This document shows, piece after piece, positions 59,280-64,000 of a DNA stretch of 64,000 nucleotides. The DNA is from Gammaproteobacteria bacterium. Its GTDB lineage: Bacteria > Pseudomonadota > Gammaproteobacteria > GCA-002705445 > GCA-002716945. The stretch spans positions 1-64,000 of the forward strand of contig JAYQJW010000002.1 in NCBI GenBank assembly GCA_038142325.1. Reading direction: 5' to 3'. Numbering within the stretch: position 1 is the stretch's first letter; each line of letters starts with the position of its first letter. The position numbers were made by a program, and so were the translations under genes. A model generated the notes under the pieces. The model was not told the origin of the DNA and made no database searches. It saw nothing but the letters and a program-made list of their open reading frames with translations.

Positions 59280-59546
59280 CTAAATACCAGGATATTGATG
59301 GATTACAATCGTGGGCAGATTGATAAGTGCCATCAGGATAGGTGATGTGAGTATTCCTATTACACCAAAAAAAATTCCTAAAATTCCGGCTGTGTACTCT
59401 TTTTGTAAGCATGCTAGAAGACCAAGTATTAATGCTATAGGACTAAACAAAGGCGAGAGAATAAAAATGCCAATGAATCCAAATATAATACTAAGAGTTC
59501 CATAGACAGGAGAAGCCTGTTTAATTATGATTTTTTCATCAGACAT
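59280..59546 (-). CDS. Small membrane hypothetical protein
   Basis: 88 aa, Gly-rich hydrophobic helices; start overlaps the upstream stop. Confidence 0.7.
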   Translation of the reverse strand: MSDEKIIIKQASPVYGTLSIIFGFIGIFILSPLFSPIALILGLLACLQKEYTAGILGIFFGVIGILTSPILMALINLPTIVIHQYPGI

Positions 59547-59764
59547 TATTTATAAAACTGCCTTCTTTGTGAAAACTTTTTAACACGTTCTCTCCAAACT
59601 TTGTAGGAGCTAAAAGATATATTTTGTTTCATCACCCGTTTGATGGTATCACTATCAATATCAAAGCGCTCTTTTATGCTATCAAAACTAACGTCATCTG
59701 AAAGAGCCATATAAATAATTTCTCCAATTTCTTTTTCAGATAGTTTAATTTTGTGTTTAGGCAT
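59546..59764 (-). CDS. DUF2805 family small HTH-like protein
   Basis: IIYMALSDDVSFDSI..RF.I...IKRVMK....SSYKVWRERV pattern. Confidence 0.75.
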   Translation of the reverse strand: MPKHKIKLSEKEIGEIIYMALSDDVSFDSIKERFDIDSDTIKRVMKQNISFSSYKVWRERVKKFSQRRQFYK

Positions 59765-59767
59765 AAA

Positions 59768-60214
59768 TTATAAAGATCCCTGTAAGATATATTTTAATAT
59801 TTTTACAGCTTGACTTTGATCTTTAGTAACTGCACAAGCTGCTGCATCGACCTCTTTTAAAGGGTGTTGATGTTCATCGCTATGAATGACAACTATTGAT
59901 TTATTAAGAGCAGCTGCATAGCCTGCGTCAAATGCGGCATTCCACTGTTTATATTTTTCACCAAACTTTACAATCACAACATCACTATCTTCAATAGATT
60001 TTTTTGTCCTAATAGAATTAATGTTTGCCCCTTTATTATCCTTCCAAAAATTATTTTCTTCCTGACCTAAAATTTCTACACCACAGTTATCAGATAGTTC
60101 ATGATTTGTAACGGGTGATGAAAAATTAATATCCAAACCTTCTTTGTTACAAGCATCTATAATTTCTTGTCTCCAATCGGTGTGAATTTCACCCGATAAA
60201 TATACATTAAGCAT
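59768..60214 (-). CDS. YtoQ family protein (nucleoside 2-deoxyribosyltransferase fold)
   Basis: VYLSGEIHTDWR, FGEKYKQWNAAFDAG, HPLKEVD. Confidence 0.9.
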   Translation of the reverse strand: MLNVYLSGEIHTDWRQEIIDACNKEGLDINFSSPVTNHELSDNCGVEILGQEENNFWKDNKGANINSIRTKKSIEDSDVVIVKFGEKYKQWNAAFDAGYAAALNKSIVVIHSDEHQHPLKEVDAAACAVTKDQSQAVKILKYILQGSL

Positions 60215-60316
60215 TGCGTTCTCCTTGCGTTTGCAGTTGTTGCTATTATATAAGTTATTCTAATAGTTGTATAATGCCGAAAAACAAATCATATAAATCT
60301 TAAATATTAAAAAATT

Positions 60317-61028
60317 ATGGATAGACAAATAATAGCAATCGGTGGAGGTGGCTTTGGTAGGAATCCTGGGATTGGTGTAATTGAACAATACATATTAGAT
60401 CAATCAGACAAAGACACTCCTAATATCTGTTTTATTCCAACAGCAACTGGTGACAACGAAGCTTATAAAGTAAGTTACTACGCAACTATGGCCAAGTTGA
60501 ATTGCAATCCAACGCATTTAGATTTTTTCAAAAGGACTCAAGACTTAGAAAAATTAATTCAAAAGCAAGATGTAATCTTTGTAGGCGGGGGAAATACTAA
60601 AAGCATGTTAGCTGTTTGGCGTGACTGGGGTTTAGATAAAATATTAAAAAAATCATATGAATCTGGAACAATTATGAGTGGTGTTAGTGCAGGTGCAATA
60701 TGTTGGTTTGAAAAAGGTATTACAGACTCATGGTCAAATAGCTTAAATATTCTAGATTGTCTAAGCTTTACGCAAGGAAGCTGTTGCCCGCACTATGATG
60801 AAGAACCTGAGAGAAAACCCACTCTTTCAAACTTTATCATAAACAATGAAATTAACTGATTGTTATGCTATTGATGGAGGATGTGCATTACATCTTAAGA
60901 ATGATCAAGTATACAAATCAGTTGTTTTTAATGATGGTAAAAATTCATTCTTAGTTGAAAAAGAAAACGGGAAAATAAAAGAAACTGTTTTATCAAAAAT
61001 AATTAAATATATATTTTTATATTGTTAA
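60317..61028 (+). CDS. Peptidase E / S51 family (frameshift near 60850)
   Basis: IAIGGG, FIPTA.GD, FVGGGNT, GVSAGAICW, CPHYD. Confidence 0.88.
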
Positions 61029-61030
61029 GA

Positions 61031-62852
61031 CTATTCTACTGTGACTGATTTTGCGAGGTTTCTTGGTTTATCAACATCAGTCTTTTTCTTTAAAGCAACA
61101 TGATAACTAAGAAGTTGTGCTGGGATAATATATAAAAGTGGGACAACCAAGTCAGGGCAGTCTGGCATTTGAATAATTTCAACACGTTTTTTATTTCTTG
61201 TTATTTTCTTATTAGTAAAAACAAAAGTCTGGCCTTGTCTTGCTTCAACTTCAGCAAGATTAGATAAAACTAATTTTGCTAGATGATTATCAGGTAGAAA
61301 ACATACTACAGGCATTTTTTTATCAACTAGTGCAAGTGGTCCATGCTTAAGTTCACCTGAATGATAAGCAGAGGCATGTATGTATGAAATTTCTTTAAGT
61401 TTTAGTGCTGATTCAAGCGCTATAGGATACGTTGCGCCTTTCCCAAGGAAAAGTGTGTGATCTTTGTTTTTAAATTTAGATGCTATCTTTTTAATTTCAG
61501 GTTCCATTAAAAAGATTTTACTGATGATTTTATCTATTTTTTTAATTTCACTGATCATCTTTTTTTCATTAACTTTATATTTTCTTGAAACAATCATAGT
61601 TAAAAGAAGTAGAGGCAAAAAGTTGTGAGGTGAAAGCTTTAGTTGATGCAACGCTTATTTCAGGACCTGCATTCATAAGAAAATTTAAATTAGAAAGTCT
61701 TGTTAGCGTACTTTCTGCTACATTACAAATTGCCAAAGTATCTGAATAGTTAAGCTTTAATGCCTTTTTTAATGACGAAATAGTATCAGCTGTCTCACCA
61801 GACTGAGAGATAGCTACAAATAATGTATTTGGTAAAACATTTATTTTTTTATATTTGTATTCACTTGCAACTTCTGCAGTGCAGGTAATTGTTGTATGTT
61901 GTTCAATCCAATCTTTAGCAACAAGTGATGCATGATAGCTTGTCCCGCAGGCGATAAAATGAATATGCTCTATGGTCTCTAGAACTTTATCGGTACCATG
62001 CCCAAATATGTTCGGTAAAATTTTATATTTCCCAACAAAACGATTTGTCATGTCTTTAATTATGGAATCGTTGTTCATGAATTTCTTTATGCATATAAGT
62101 GCTTGTGGCCTGATAAAGAAGATTGAGATTTTGATAATGTTAGAAATTTTAGTTACTTTGTTTTGTATTCTTTTGCTTTTATTAAAAATGGTTACTTTGG
62201 TTGATGAAATCTTTGCAAATTCATTATCATCAAGTGTTATATATTTATCCGTATCAGAAATTATAGGGGCAAGATCAGATGCAATATAATTTTGATTCAC
62301 ACCTTTACCGATAATTAGTGGACTACCTTTACATGCAGCATAAACAGTGCCCTGATCATCTGAACAAATTATTCCAATTGCATAGCTTCCTTCAAGTAAG
62401 TTTGTTGTCTCTATAAGAGCAGAATCCATATTATTAGATTTTTTAAAGCTCCAATTTATCAGGTGAGATATAACTTCTGAGTCAGTATCGCTTGAGAAAG
62501 TATATTTCTTTTTTTTGAGAAAGTTTTTAAGATCAAGATAATTTTCAATGATGCCATTGTGCACTAAGCAAATATTGTCTGATCTGTGTGGATGTGTATT
62601 TTTTAAAATTGGTTGACCATGTGTTGCCCAACGAGTATGTGCAATACCTGTTGTAATTCCAGAAAGCTTATTTAATTTAGTTTTTTAAATTTTTGATTGG
62701 GCCAATAGCTTTGATAGTAGATATTTTTGAATTTGAGCTAAGACCAGAAATGCCAGATGAATCATATCCTCTGTATTCAAGTTTTACCAAACCTTGATAG
62801 AGTTGATTGCCAATACGGTGCGTTTAGATGCAATGCCAAATATTCCACACAT
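61031..62852 (-). CDS. glmS: Glutamine--fructose-6-phosphate transaminase (frameshifted)
   Basis: MCGIFG, LEYRGYDSSG, AHTRWATHG, HNGIIEN, SQSGETAD, VASTKAFT, LKHGP, PRNLAKSVTVE. Confidence 0.96.
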
Positions 62853-64000
62853 TACTTTCTTTTAACTTTTTGAGTTGTTCTGTTTTTCCAGTTTCTTATA
62901 GTCATTTGTTTGCTTCTCGCAATTGTTAGATGACCAGAACCTGATGTATCTTTGGTTATGGTTGAACCAGCAGCTATAAATGATCCTTGACCAATTATCA
63001 CTGGAGCTACTAGCATTGAACCAGACCCTATGAATGAATTATCTTTTACTATAGTTTTATGTTTGTTAACGCCATCGTAGTTACATGTAATAGCGCCAGC
63101 ACCTATGTTAACGTTTTTACCAATTGTTGCATCACCCACATAACTTAGATGGTTAATTTTAGTATTCTCTTTGATAAGTGAATTTTTAATTTCAACAAAG
63201 TTTCCTATATTGCAGTAGGATTTAATCGTTGTGCCAGGTCTAATTCTAGCGAAAGGCCCAACAGTAGAAGTTATCGCCTATAGTTGCTCCAAAAATAATT
63301 GTGTTAGGTTTGATAAATACATTTTTACCGATCTTGCATCTATTCAAATAACAATTATGTCCTATGGTTGAGTTTTCACCGATTGATACGTTATCTTCAA
63401 AGACGCAGTTAATATCAATTTCAACATTGCTACTAACACGAAGCTGTCCTCTAATATCTGTCTTTGATGGATCTCTGATAAGAGTTCCACTTTCAAGAAG
63501 CTCTTCTGCTTTTTCACGTAAATACTGTCTCTCAAGATTTACCAAATCAACCTTAGAATTAACGCCTTTTACTTCAAGCTCGTTTTTAAATTTAAAAGTA
63601 GAAACTTTTTTATCATTAGCAGTGAGTATTTTTATGATATCAGTTAAATAATATTCTTTTTTTGATTATTATTTTTAATCTGACCAATGTACTTTCTTAG
63701 AATTTTTTCATGTATGGCGATGATGCCAGTGTTTACCTCACGAATTAAACGCTGTTCGGCAGTAGTTTCCTTATCTTCTACAATACAGTCAAACTTATTA
63801 TTTATTCTTACAATTCTCCCATACCCTTTTGGTGATTCTAGCTCAATAGTTCCTACGACGGCATCCGCAGTCTTAAGTTTAGCAATAAGTTTTTTTATTG
63901 ATGCGCTAGTAATAAATGGGACATCGCCACATAAAATTAGTATCTTAGAACTAAATGGATGTTTCTTTTTGAGTGCTGATTTAACAGCGCCTGCAGTACC
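62852..64000 (-). CDS. glmU: Bifunctional GlmU, 5' truncated by window (frameshifted)
   Basis: [57 protein letters not shown]. Confidence 0.96.

Noticed and set aside
1-64000. Mass pseudogenisation or programmed frameshifting
   Set aside because: Essential genes (glmS, glmU, GlyRS, glnA) are broken too, mostly at homopolymers, which is typical of long-read error.

Overview
AT-rich chromosomal segment of a streamlined, probably marine photic-zone gammaproteobacterium. The inference rests on a green-tuned DTE proteorhodopsin with crtI-crtB-crtY-blh, glnA-ntrB-ntrC behind a sigma-54 promoter, and thiS-thiG-trmB and ArsR-rhodanese-secB-gpsA synteny. Many genes, including essential ones, are broken by 1-bp indels, mostly in homopolymers. 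This looks like long-read consensus error, so split ORFs were rejoined by hand and many boundaries are approximate. About 5.0-35.2 kb is a surface-glycan island ending at tRNA-Thr(CGT). It holds rfbBDAC, an O-antigen ligase, glycosyltransferases, wzx/wzy/wzz and manC-gmd-fcl, plus an unusual tailoring block. That block has a DUF692/MNIO-type multinuclear iron enzyme with no visible peptide substrate, coupled to SDR, short NeuB, class III aminotransferase, cytidylyltransferase, KpsS-like transferase and GMC oxidoreductase. It continues with a split WbdD-like kinase/methyltransferase pair and a 2OG-Fe(II) oxygenase fused to an LIC12192-like domain. The core part shows two related CATGC...GCATG intercistronic hairpins (after glnA and after proteorhodopsin), a GlnA with Phe at the adenylylation tyrosine, a homodimeric GlyRS at the glyQ-glyS locus and two unannotated small membrane ORFs. 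No CRISPR array, rRNA, transposase or integrase was seen. All family calls come from motif recognition by eye; no database search was run.
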